A stretch of 64,000 nucleotides of DNA. Source: Mytilus californianus. Lineage: Eukaryota. The notes under the pieces were generated by a model that did no database searches, was not told the DNA's origin, and saw nothing but the letters and a program-made list of their open reading frames with translations. The DNA is taken from the NCBI RefSeq assembly GCF_021869535.1, contig NW_026262668.1, forward strand, positions 85,932,001-85,996,000. Direction: 5' to 3'. Made by a program: the position numbers and the translations under genes. This document shows positions 24,226 through 36,964 of this stretch, in pieces (the first letter of the stretch is position 1; every line of letters starts with the position of its first letter).

Positions 24226-24389
24226 ATAGATTATCGGGTTTTCTACACATTGATATCGTAAAATATCAGTCGCGAGCCACAATGTGAACTTTTTGGCGAG
24301 TGATCGCAGCGAACGAGCTTAAAAGCTTCACGTTGTGTCGAGCGACTGATATTTTACGATATCTATACGAAGAAAACCCGATTATCTGT
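24226..24389. mobile_element. Long imperfect palindrome of a non-autonomous element (body to ~24560)
   Basis: Arms ATCGGGTTTTCT..GATATCGTAAAATATCAGTCGC / GCGACTGATATTTTACGATATC..AGAAAACCCGAT around a GC-rich centre. Confidence 0.7.
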
Positions 24390-24794
24390 GTATCGTTCTA
24401 TTTATGGCCTGTTCTTACTCCCTAAGACAGTTTTACGCTTGACGAAAGCAAGCTTGATAACGTCTCCTCACACATTGTGACGTCGCTGATAACTTCTCCT
24501 CAGACATTGTGACGTCGCTGATAATGCTCTCGTCTCAAAGCAGTGATATGAAAATTACGGAGCGACTGAGCAGGGTGATATAGGCGTAGGGAAGGACGAT
24601 ATATATCATGATTGTATGACATTTTTTTTCTACGAATTTGTTACCTTTGACCATAATGTTGCTAAACTGGTAACAGTGTGGTCGTTGTCGCTGATCTGTT
24701 CTCTGATTAGACGAAATATATTTTTCGATGTACAATCTCACAATATAGATTTCTAAGATAAAAACGTACACATTGAAACCACTAAAACAATATG

Positions 24795-27696
24795 TACGGA
24801 GCCCCTTAAGTGCCAAAGATGAAATTTAAATTATTTGTATGCGCGACTGGGGTCCATAGTTTAACATTAGCTTTAATTTGAAAATTCTGTAAAGGTCTTG
24901 TTCTTATGAATCAACAGTAGCAATGCAGTCATGTTTTGCAAGAACCATGATTAGGACATACAGATTCAAATTTATATAAATCAATTCCCAGTGATCTGTG
25001 GGTACCAGCATTTATGAGGACAAAGCTTATAATAGTCATCAATGTACAAAAGCTTTAAAAATATTCTTTAGAACCAACAATGATAATGCAGTCATATCTT
25101 GAATGAAGCACAAATAGGATATGAAGATCTGGGATGCAAGCAGTGGAAGTCCGAAGATTAAAATAAGCTCTAATTAGAGAAAAAAACCTATTAAAATCTT
25201 CTCTAGAACCAGCAATGACATGGCAGTTATACTTTGCATTAAGCATCACAGTCAGTGCCATTTCTTTTACTTTTTCCTTTGATGTTGTAAAATATAAATT
25301 TATTGAAACTGATTTAATCAAAATATTTTATAATGATCAAAAGCCTTCGACTTCGACATGAATATTAATGCCATAAATGACTTATCAATTATGGACGTTT
25401 GACGAGGTCAATTCGTTGTTATATGAACCTGTTGAAGGTATGTCGACAAAGAACGTAGTCCGAGGTTGATATTTTGATTAAGCAGGTCCATATAACAACG
25501 TTTTGGTCGAAATAAAAGTGCTTTTTTTTATATTACATGTTATATATGTAAGAATAAATAATAAACATAAGATGTGTGTGACGTTCTCTAACTGTCATAT
25601 ACGGGGTATTGTATGAAGAAGGCCGGTAAGAGAATATCATCGTCTATGTTGCTGAAATACGAAATAAATATGAAAGTTTTGCGACTGATACAATTATTAT
25701 GTCGGCTATTCAGAGATCAATGCGTGCATTTATTTTTGCGATTCAAAATTTGCGTTTAATATTTTTATTGCGATTTCAGTAAATGTTAAATAAAATAGTT
25801 ACTGATAATGTGCTTTATACCTTGATGGTATGTTTATATGTTTGGACAAAAACTGATCCTTATCGCACCTACTACTTTTCACAGATGTAGATTTATTGAG
25901 TCTCTGTTTAGGGGGGGTTGCCAGTAATCACGTAATCACTAATTGTTGTGCTTTGGTAATCCCATAAAAATGAAATGTTATCTTCGGTTGTCATTAAACC
26001 ATTTCCTTCAGTAATAAAATTACCTCACCAATGAAATAACACAACCAATTAATCATTAAAAATAACACATTGTGATCAAATAATCAGCCTCAAAATGTCC
26101 TGGTAATCATGCAATCAAAAAACCTAACATAGTCCTGTATCGTTATAGACATACGGCAAAGAATTCCGTCTTGAACTTGCATTGCGGTTAGATTATTGAG
26201 AGCATCACTGTGACTTTGAGATGAAGAACAGCAATAAAACTGCTGTTCCGTTGCTTTGGTCTTTGTAAAGTGTATGTAGAAATTTCGTGTTATGAATTTA
26301 TACACCATATTCATTGTTTCTTATTACCCAAACAATTATTGTTAACAGACGACAACAGACCTACACATTATAATAAATCAAATATTTGCATCAGTATAGA
26401 CATTTGGGAAATTTGTGTGCAAGATATTAAAAGTTGAGGGTAGTTTTTTTAATGATGCTCTACACATTAAAGAATTTAATGGTTCTACGTGTTTCTGGAA
26501 CAAGTTAACTAGGCTATGAATAAAAAGGGTCAATTAGGATAAACATAAATTCCAAAAATTAAAAATACTTTTTGATATGCAGATAAGAAACTGTTAAATT
26601 CTGTTCGAAATGTGGGATAATTTTCGTAACTGTTTGTTACTTCCAAAAGTCTCCCACATGACCCCAGACCATCTTGTGAAATAAACTGAAAGGAAGTATC
26701 TGCCTGGTCTTTCAACACAAGTCAGACGCTGTACAAAAGCATAAAAACAATTTTAATTTGGCCTGGTCCATTTCTTTGATGTATTTTCTCAAGTACTGCA
26801 TGGCATCTCTATCAGTACTTTGGTTGCTGAACTAGTTCTTAATGTGGAATTTCCTTTATGATTAGGTTAAAAATTGTCAGGTTTCTCCACTTTTTACAAG
26901 AGTGGCTATCTAGAATATTTATATCTTTCTAAAGACAAACACGAGTCATTTGTCGACAGATGAGGAGGGGGGGGGGGGGGGGATTTATGGAAGTTATTAG
27001 ATTTATTTTGAATATGATTATATATCTAATGAACTCCAAAGTATTCTTAAGATCTATCATATACTGTGTATTGACATCGTAAACTTGTAAATTTTTACTA
27101 TTTCGTATTCGCATAATAACAATTATAACAATGCCATAAATATGTCTTGTAAAATGAATGTATGCACTGTAGTTTGAACACTAAAAAGATCAATAAAAAA
27201 AATTAAAAAAAGAGTGGCAATCTAGAAAATTTGCAAGGTTTATTTTTTGTTGACCTCTGCAAAGTTTTCCAAAGCACATAACACAGCTTCATTCTCACAT
27301 GACCGGTACTAAAAAGATATCCATAATATCCGGTTTACCTAACCAAAAATTGCTTCTTCAAATATAACTCAGTCTGGTGCAATTGAACCATGAAAGATTT
27401 AAAGTTGTGTGCACAAGATTAAAAATTGTGCGCACAAGATTAAAATAGTTGTACACACAAGTTTTAAAAAGTTGTGCGCACAAGATTAAAATAGTTGTAC
27501 ACACAAGTTTTAAAAAGTTGTGCGCACACGATTAAAAATTGTGCGCACAAGATTTAAAGTTTTACGCACAAATTTGAAAGTTGTGCGCTCAAGATTTAAA
27601 GTTGTGCGCACAAGATTTAAAGTTGTGCGCACAAGATTTAAAGTCGCGCGCACAAATAATTTTGAATTTCATCTTTGGCACTTAAGGGGCTCCGTA
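24795..27696. mobile_element. Non-autonomous TIR DNA element (~2.9 kb), TA at both termini
   Basis: TACGGAGCCCCTTAAGTGCCAAAGATGAAATT at 24795 and its exact reverse complement ending at 27696. No transposase recognised. Confidence 0.8.
27397..27655. repeat. ~21-bp tandem repeat (AAAGTTGTGCGCACAAGATTT) next to the right TIR
   Basis: About 11 imperfect units read directly. Confidence 0.9.
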
Positions 27697-28519
27697 GATA
27701 TGCACATGCTCCATAAAAATAAACAACTTTACGGAAAATCTCATATTTAAATTGACATCGTCATTATCACCATTGAAACTGTCATTATCACCATTGACAT
27801 TGTCATATCACCAAATTGACCAATGGGTTACTGTTATTTCAAACTTGCAGGTTTTCTGTTCACTGCAATCGCGATCGTCAATAATCTATGCATAGCATTG
27901 CAGTAAGTGCAAACAAATCTTGGTTTTAAACCAGGTTCAGAAAATCTACAATTGAAGCTTTTTCAGCTTGAATGCTATAAAAATATCTGTCATAGACTCT
28001 TTTCAAGGGAAATTACATTTTTCTACATAATATCATCACCGTGACAATTTTGCGTTGTATGCAAGTGCAGTAAAAATTAAACAGACTTAATTATAAGAAT
28101 CGATATATGCATATATATTGGTACAAAATATAAGAGTTGAACTGAAAAGTGTTATAATATATAGAATATTTAAGCTTAATAACCTGTTCAATTGTTATCG
28201 ATAATCACTCTTTGGTGTCCGTCCGTTGTACACACAGGAAGGGTTTGTGTCTGTGATTGCTAAATCAGCCTTGTATAGTTATCATTGACATTCTTCCATG
28301 TTCGGAATCCTTTTTTTTTGTTCAAGTTAATATTTATTTAAAATATCAATATCACAGTCACAAGAAAATACTCCACGAATCGTTTTATCGGTATATTATG
28401 GGGCAATTTTAAGAAGACGTTTGACGTATACTTAACGGCATTTAAATATGACAAGAAGGACCAAAGAAAAAAAACCAATTAAGTTTTAAAAATATGTTCC
28501 ATCTGAAGGCGTCTGATAT

Positions 28520-29375
28520 AACTTGTATAACTTAAGCATGAAGAGTCAGTATGCTAAGAGAGCAAACTCAGGTATTACATATCCAATCTTATACGGTAAT
28601 ATTCTATTCAAAGCACAAACATGGCGGCATTCACCTAAAAAGCTAACCAAACATTTAAACAGACTTATTCAGAAAGGATATAGTTACGATACTGTTGTCA
28701 TGTCATTAAAGATGGCATATTTTGGTATAAATATTTATTCACTCATAGGGTCTTTGCATGGGAAATAAACAAATGTATTCTAAAACAAGTTGTTGGCATG
28801 AAACGGATTAAGTTCTCATATATTTTATGATAATATGATACTAAACCCCTAACGGGAGAGGTTGTGCTTGATTTTCATATGATGAAGACATTATCTATCA
28901 ATCAGATAAATTTAGGTCTGGAGCGGGCATGTCAGTTACTGCTAGTAGTCCGTTGTTGATTTATGTATCATTGTCATTTTGCTTAGTTTCTTTTGTAATC
29001 TATTCAGACATCGGACTCTGAGTTTTACTGTGCGTGTTGGTGTGTGTTTGTATATTCTACATTGGTTAGGTATTGGTATAGGGTGAGGGTGTAGATCTCA
29101 CAAAACATATTTAACCCCTGTCCCAAGCCAGAAGCCTCTGGCCTTTGTTAGTCTTGTTTCTTTTTTTTCAATTTTAATTCATTTATATTTTGGATTTTAG
29201 TGTGACGTCCATTTTCACTGAACAAGTACACATTTTTTGAAGGGGCCAGCTAAAGCCCGCGTCCGGGTGCTGGATTTTCTCGCTGTGTTGAAGACCCATT
29301 GGTGGCCTTGAGCTGTTTTCTGCTCTTTGTTTGGGTTGTTGTCTCTTTTACACATTCCCATTTCCATTCTCAATG
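28520..29375 (+). mobile_element. Penelope-like element 3' fragment (RT thumb end plus 3' repeat)
   Basis: GITYPILYGNILFKAQ...LNRLIQKGYSYDTVV resembles a PLE RT C-terminus; it is followed by the typical abundant 3' repeat. Confidence 0.65.
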
Positions 29376-29395
29376 TTATCATATATATATATATA

Positions 29396-30330
29396 TACGG
29401 ATATTTGGCATGTTCCACACACATGTAGGTATACAATCGTGTGTTCTGCGGGTAAACTACTTAATAAAAATTCACATCTTTTTGGTCATTATCGTACTTT
29501 TCAGTATACTACTCATGTTCGGAATTAGATGATACCACACACAGTGCACACGTATGCATCATTAACAAGTTCTTCAAGATATTTTGCTTAAAACAAGGAA
29601 AAAGAAACAGTGAAACATTTAAAAACAGTGTCGACAATTTGAAATTTAAAACACCTTTATTGAAACAAATTTCATTTCGTTCTACTTAATAAAAATCAAA
29701 AAAGTGATGCAGATTGGATCATTTTTCAAATTTTAATATTGCAACGTAAAATGAAAAATGCTCTACATTAGAGCATTTATCATTTTCCAATTTATTATGT
29801 CAAAATGAAAAATGCTCCATCTGAGCATGCTTAGAGCATTTTTCATTTTTCAATATCTAAGGTCAAAATAAAAAATGCTCCACGTAAGAGCATTTTTCAT
29901 TTTTCAATATTTAAAGTCAAATTGAAAAATGCTCCACGTAAGAGCATTTTTCATTTTTCAATATTTAAAGTCAAAATGAAAAATGCTTAAGGTTAGCAAT
30001 TTCAATATTTGCTTTTTAGAATGAGATTGAAATATGTTTTTTTTTCCAAAACAAACATATGCAAATGTTTTAATTTATTCGAACTGTTGATAAATTAAAT
30101 CATTTTTAACACAAACTTAATATTCTTATTTTTTTTTAAATGTCCCCGTGAAATCAAATTATGTAATCTCATGAAAATTACAAATTTCAAATCTCATTAA
30201 GAAAATGATTTTTTCAAAAGTGACTTCAAAAGATTTTTGTTACATTTTTCAAACCAATTAACTTTAAAATTTGTAGAGCTATTTGCAAAATCTATTTTTT
30301 CAGTTTAAAATGACAGGTGTTTGGCGTAAA
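29396..30330. repeat. Inverted copy of 21151-22130
   Basis: TACGGATATTTGGCATG...GTTTGGCGTAAA; fewer subrepeats than the left copy. Confidence 0.9.
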
Positions 30331-30820
30331 TATACATGGTCTAATATTACATGATTTACATTCATACTCACAATCAAGAAACATTTCTTACCATTTCATT
30401 GTACTGTGTCATCTAATGTCTAAAACACAACTTATTATATTTTAAAAAATTAAAAGAAAGTCCTTACATCACGAAAATTAATCCATAAATGAAATGCCTA
30501 AAAAGGAAGTCATGCATTAATTACAAACATTGCACTGACAATGAAACTAATTCTTGAATACAACCAATCAAGAGATCATTTGAGCCTTGAGCTCTTTACA
30601 ATATTCTAAGTTTGTAAGAGAATGATAATCCCTTTCTTCAAGATAGATACTCGCTAACGCTCGTACTTAATCATGAATAAAGGGGTTATCATTCTCTTAC
30701 ATATACATAGTTAGGCGTAACTGGATGGTAATTAGTTATGTAATTTGTTATGTAATTTGACACATGTCTAACGGTTCACTGATTTTCGGCAATATCAAAG
30801 AAAAACCGGCACGTGCCTAA

Positions 30821-31340
30821 AGCTCCAGTCACACTGTCACGTTTCGGCTATCCCGTTTTGCTACGTATCCAAAACGTAGAGAAACGGCAATATACGTAAC
30901 GAATCGTATCGATCCGTACTTAAAACGGCTATATACGTAGCTATTGGATACATACGTGATTGATCCAATTTGTATTGGTCTGCACAATACAAACGTGACT
31001 AAAAATAAAAACGTAGTAGGAAAGCGAGGTAAAACGTAGAAGGAACGTATAAATACGTATAAGATACGTATCTGCGACTCTTTTCACAAAAAATCTTACG
31101 ATTAGAATTGATCGTAAGTTATACTGAAATGTGTATGACTTACGAGTAATTTTACTCTTAAGATTTTTTGTGAAAAGAGCTGCAGGTACGTAATAAAACG
31201 TATTTGATTCTAATCACTAGGTGTTATTACGTTTTAGTACGTATCTGCCACGTTTCATTAGGTTTTTGTACGGTATACTAGAGATTTCCAATAAAATGAC
31301 ATACGTACCTAACTCGACGTACGCACGTAACGGGGCCGGT
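30821..31340 (+). mobile_element. Harbinger-like non-autonomous element, rich in ACGTA motifs (one TIR seen)
   Basis: TAA|AGCTCCAGTCACACTGTCACGTTTC terminus; related to 41530-42946. Confidence 0.6.
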
Positions 31341-32724
31341 TATTGCTAACCTATTAATTTTGTTAAATGCGTCAGTTAAGTTTCAACTAAGTATTCATAA
31401 ATTATTAAACCCATTCATGATAAATTTTATCAATATCAAGTATTTCTAAGATGATGAAAAACGAAAGAAATCATGATTTTTATATATCACGTGATTATTG
31501 AGATTCCCGCCAAAACTTCATTGTCATAAGACCACGTATATACACGTATCTTTACCTATCATACAATTGATTTGAGTCGTCTATCATGGTTTTGACCATG
31601 ACTTTGTTTTTCGATATACTTTGCAAATGAACCTTTTATTATTTAATATTTGATATGCTTTTATTTTTCGTTATCAGATTGGCATGCCTTTTTCCTTTCG
31701 ACTCTTAATGTTTATAATATTTAATTTCCGTGGGTATTTGTTATCAGACAGAGATTTTTCTAGCAATTTCAGAAATATCGAATTCAAAGTGTTAGTCAGA
31801 ATTTGTCTCTGTTAACGTTGATGACTTGGATTACATCATACTTAATTAAGCATCATTTCAAACGTTCTTTTCTTCTGCAGTTAATCTTGTTTTTTTTACA
31901 ATCTCCGATTTTTTTCCCAGGGAAAACGTCCGACAAAATGATGTGTATATTTAAAAAAATATTAATACAGTTCTTGTACTTCTTTAAATTTTAATAGTTG
32001 ACATACAATTTTCTTTCAAATGAAAGTCAACATTAAAAAAAAGAATTTTGTAACTAATAATGATATATGTAAATAAATATGTACACCAATTCGTTATATA
32101 GATTGTAATTTGGAAGGTGTACTTGATTAGCAATTGATGACTAATCTGCATATAAACATTGACCGCTGTGGATCAATTTATAGTACATAGTAATTGGCTA
32201 AAAAATGTCCTGTCCCCAAGTATCTCTGATTAAAAGTGGACGAAAATGCCAATTCATATACTTGTTGCATTTTTAAGACAACTATAATGCCTCTTCAGTC
32301 TTTACGGTAATTTTCTTTTTAAAATGTACTTTTAATTAGTAAGGCTTGATATTGTCATAGTTGTTTTTGGATTAAGACAACTTTTACTTATCCAATAAGA
32401 AGTGGATTCTAAAACTATCACACATTGATGGAGTTAAGCAAAAAATTTTAGTTTCAATTTTTGTCTCGCCTTAGAGGTATATCTGGACAGCACGAGCCAC
32501 TGTAGTCGTAATTCACGCCATTTGGACTCTGTTTGATAGTTGGACGCTCCAAACGAATCCAGGTATATACATGTCGAAGTGTAAGGAATAAAAGTTAAAT
32601 TCTACGACATATCCATGCATAGGATCACCAGTGAAGGTGATACACGGCTGAAAACACATTTTATATTAATAATTACTTTAAATATGTATATAGTTATCAA
32701 AGGTATTAGGCTTATAATTTGACA

Positions 32725-32768
32725 CGCCAGACGCGCGTTTCGTCTACATAAGACTCATCAGTGACGCT
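32725..32768 (-). ncRNA. Minimal type I hammerhead ribozyme (PLE-associated)
   Basis: Minus strand reads GCGTCA-CTGATGA-GTC-TTATGTA-GAC-GAAA-CGCGCGTC-TGGCGT: intact core, stem II, palindromic stem III and a GUC cleavage site. Confidence 0.85.
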
Positions 32769-32974
32769 CAGATCAAAATAGTTAGAAATCCAAACAAGTA
32801 TAAAATTGAAGAGCATTGAGGACCAAAAATTCCATATGTAAACCAAGCTCTCTGAAGGAAGGTTTTTCCAGGTTGTTCTTATGTCGTGCTGTCGCACCAC
32901 TGCCCCTGCTTAGAGGTAGGGGGTTGAACACTCATTCCTTATGTACCTGTCCCATGTCAGTAGCCTGTGGTTTG

Positions 32975-33611
32975 CGCTTCAGAATGTAATGAAATTTGAT
33001 AAAAGAAGATTTCTAGGTGCAACATGTGAGTTTTTTGCTAATTATTGTAGAAATTACATGTCAACACATTCCGCAATTCAAAATGTCGGCTCCTTGGTTA
33101 CAGACAAGGAGATAGAGAATTGTACGCTTACTGTCATCCAATCAGAACCATTGATACAAAATAATTGCGTTAGAATTAAGAGATAACTGTATTGTATTTG
33201 AAGCTTTGCGGACGTCCATCGGTAGTTTTACTGTCGCAAATTTAGTTTACCTGGCGACGCGTAGCGGAGACAGGTAAACGGGTATTCAGTGTAAAATTTT
33301 TATTAAAGAAAATTCTGCGAAAAGATGTTATCTTCTTTGGCCCCTAAACTAGGTGACGTCATAGGTATGCTTCCGGCGTCAAACGTAAACACCGGGCGTT
33401 TTCTGGCTTCTTGACCGCTTCAGAATGTAATAAAACTTGATAAAAAGAAGATTTCTAGGTGCAACATGTGAGTTTTTTGCTAATTATTGTAGAAATTACA
33501 TGTCAATACATTCCGCAATTCAAAATGTCGGCTTCCTTAGTTACAGACAAGGAGATAGAGAATTGTACGCTTGCTGTCATCCAATCAGAACAATTGATAC
33601 AAAATAATTGC
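32975..33611. repeat. ~195-bp direct repeats (32975-33168 and 33416-33611) flanking a small palindrome
   Basis: Near-identical copies beginning CGCTTCAGAATGTAAT; the spacer contains GTTTACCTG-GCGACGCGTAGCGGAGA-CAGGTAAAC. Confidence 0.9.
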
Positions 33612-33629
33612 ATTATAATTCTTATTTAA

Positions 33630-36600
33630 GGCGAAGTGTACGTAATTGCACGCCTCTAGCGGAATTCAGGATAAAAAACGTGCGTCGTTAGTTACGCGGG
33701 TTATCTCCCCTACTCCAAGAAAGGAAAAATGGGCACATGAAAGAGAAATGACTTTGTGCGGTCTATTATGAATTCAAACAAGTATTCATGTGCTATCTCA
33801 AAACTTCAAAGAAATTATTAGAATGACTCCAATCAGAAATCTGAGTATCCTAGTGTGAGCCGTTAGTCTGACTCTATTACCACTGTTTTTGTTTTAGACA
33901 CGCAAGAGCAGGTACACAATACGACTCGTGTTTATTTCAACAGAAGGTAAAAACGCCTAAACAACAAAATTATAACCAAATAAAAAATAAACCAGTGACA
34001 ATTCTGCTTCTATTCGTATCAAATTCATTAAAATCAAACCAGAATTGACCCCACAATATTTTCTGAAAAACCATAGTTTTGAATGAAATGCACAGTGTAC
34101 TGTAGGATCCTGTAGCGTAAAATTGTAGGTAACGAATAATTATATTGCATGTGAATTTGTGTCTTGAACAAGAACGACGTTGGCATGTCCGTTTTTATGC
34201 AATTGAAAATTTTATGATCATGTTTTATATTTTATTATTTATGTCAAAAGTATAAAAGATACTAAGGGGTAATCGACCACTAGTACAACATTTATAAGCC
34301 GAAGAAAAAGCCAACAGCAAAAAAAAAAACCATCAGATTCCGTCCACAAAACATTACACACTCAGAAACTAAGAATTGTTCACTATTACATTTATCTCAG
34401 AATAAGTAAAACCTATGTCATCCAAATCTCAGTTTTCAAGGTGCAGAAAATAAACAGGTGTCTTCTATTCCGTCCGCAATTTTTGGGGAAAGTAAATTCT
34501 AAATTTAGAACCATGGTTGAAACTGAAACTACACATGTATGATAAAAATAGAACGTGTTACTTTTTCTTAATCAAATTCCGATTTCGAAGGGATAGCGAA
34601 ATTTGTTCTCTTTTGTTGTGCTTTTGTGTATCATTCAGCAGTAGTATAAGGTAGGGGAAGAAGGGGTAGGGGTGAAGAAAAATAGTTCTACAATGTCGGG
34701 GATTTTTATAACCCGGCGACTATATACGGTATGGATTTTCTCATTGTTGAAGGCCGTATGATTGCTTATAACAATTGCTTACATCCACATCCTTTAAGGT
34801 AGCTGGGGTGTCTAAATGTTGGACGATAGATTTTTCTTAAACTTCTGTAAGACTTCTGTGTCAATGTAATTTTAAATTTCAATATAAAAACTGGGGATCA
34901 CGGACCTTGTTTTTTTGTAATAACACATTGAAATTAACCAAATTTGGGTTATTTTGTATTGTTGATATAGGGGAAACTTAAGTTTTCCTTATTGCAGAAA
35001 CATTAAACGATAGAATTGGCTAAAATTCGATGAGAGAATTGCTTTTCATTAATAGCTCCGAAATATCAAATAAAAATAAGGGGTCACGGGCCTTATTTTC
35101 TTGAAAAAATCCCCAAAAATTTTAAATATACTTTACGACACTTAATTTCTTGATAGTTCAATCTTTAAACTTCAAGTTTTAGGTATTTTGTTGTATATTT
35201 AATGATACTTGGTAAAATATTTTTAAAACAAAAATGTTTTTGCAATTAACATGATCAGAACGGACGCTCAGAAAAAGACACCCGATCTACCTTAAACGTG
35301 GCAGATAGTTGTCTCTTTTGCAATCATACCACAGCTCCTTATGTTCATATTATATTAACAAAACTGCAATTCATTTGCATTATATACAGGAACAATTTGT
35401 ATGGCACTATACTAGGTAAACTCGTATAGCATCCGGCTCTTGGTACATTCTTATAGCATTACACAAGTACATTTATAGCATATCACTATGCACAAAGCTT
35501 TAGCATTACACAATGCACAATGCTATAGCATTATACACAATATACACAATGCTAAGGCTAACACTGGGAATGATCTGTGCTACGTGAAGTTAAAACTCCG
35601 ATCTGTTTTACTTTGCTAAAATTCATATGCGGGTTCTTCTTTTGACCTTATTACAGCCATAAAAATTCTCAAGATAATATGCAGATGCAGTTTTCTTATT
35701 TTTTGGGAGTTGTGCATGTGGATATTTAACAAATTATGGTACAAAAAATTATTTCCTTTTTTACTTAAAATCTCCAGCAAACATTATATCATGCTTTGTC
35801 GTTTAGTTAAAGAAAAGGGAAAGCGATCGAGACAGGAATTTTTTTAATAAAATTGCAGAGTTATGTCACGTGCACGCGTGTGAACCTGACAAAAAAATGG
35901 GCCGTTTGTGCGCAATCCCTCGAATAGCGGCGGAAATGGTGAGGATGAAAAGATGCAGCAAATTGTATTCACTTTTTTTAAAATACAAACATGCAGAAAT
36001 AAGATTTAAAAAAAGACGTGTATACGCGATCCCAATATTATAACCGATTATTTAAATACGTATAGAATCATTCTGTCAACGCTGTGTTAACTGGGACAAT
36101 TTTAAAATTGATATTTGATTCATAATTATTAGAACAATACAATATAAAAAAAGAACATGTGGCATGAACGCCAAAAAGACAACTCTCCACAAGAGTCCAA
36201 ATGACACAGAAATTAACAACTATAGGTAACCGTACGGCCTTCAACAATGATCAACGCCCATAGTCAGCTATAAATACAAGCATTTCAAAAAAGAAGTGGA
36301 ACCCTGTCTAATTAAAAAAAGATGGAGTTTAAGTCTATAGAGTAACTTTCATTCACTTGCAGTATATTTATTTGCCAATTTGCTTTTTTTTTGGCAGCAG
36401 AAATATCCTTAAAAAATAGTCAGTTTATTTCCTTATTAATTGATTACGCTTGAGCATTTGCAATAATTAGGAAAATGGGTTATACACATTCACGATTTTG
36501 TTACGACACTGTACGGTATAATAGCGTTATAGAGTAGAAATTGTGATGACGTTATGTACAGTAGACATCAATAACGTCGCCGAATGTTTTTATTCTTTCC

Positions 36601-36960
36601 GCTAAAAATCAAACTTCCACAGGATATAGCTTGAAAACTAGCACGGTTGCTAAGGACTTTCTTTGCACCAATGGGTTCGTCGTTCATTTTTGAATCGCAT
36701 ATCGATTTTTAAAAAAATTCTGTGGAGCAACGAATTAGAAAATCTTGATAAAGTAAAAATATCTGCCGATTTTTATGATTTTCCCTATATATCCTTTGTA
36801 TTTTTGGCGTATCATGCTGTTAATTTCAACAGCTTGTATCTGAAAAACGAAAACGGTTACCCCCTTTTTTTATTTTATTGTCTGATGTATTTTTACAAGC
36901 AGAATCCCCATGTAAAATTTAAAAAAATTCTGTGGAGTAGTTAATTACGTACACTTCGCC
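33630..36960. mobile_element. Kolobok-like non-autonomous DNA transposon (3331 bp)
   Basis: Perfect 18-bp TIR GGCGAAGTGTACGTAATT, TTAA target duplication (33626-33629 and 36961-36964) and GG..CC termini. Confidence 0.85.
34798..35291. mobile_element. Kolobok-like MITE nested in the 33630-36960 element
   Basis: TTAA|GGTAGCTGGGGTGTC ... GACACCCGATCTACC|TTAA. Confidence 0.8.
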
Positions 36961-36964
36961 TTAA

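Noticed and set aside
26100-26720. Possible decayed coding sequence (e.g. Crypton YR) inside the TIR element
   Set aside because: Only a vague ELALR-like peptide among many stops; this cannot be supported without a search.
27520-27750. Arg/Lys/Val-rich ORF
   Set aside because: It is a translation of the 21-bp tandem array.
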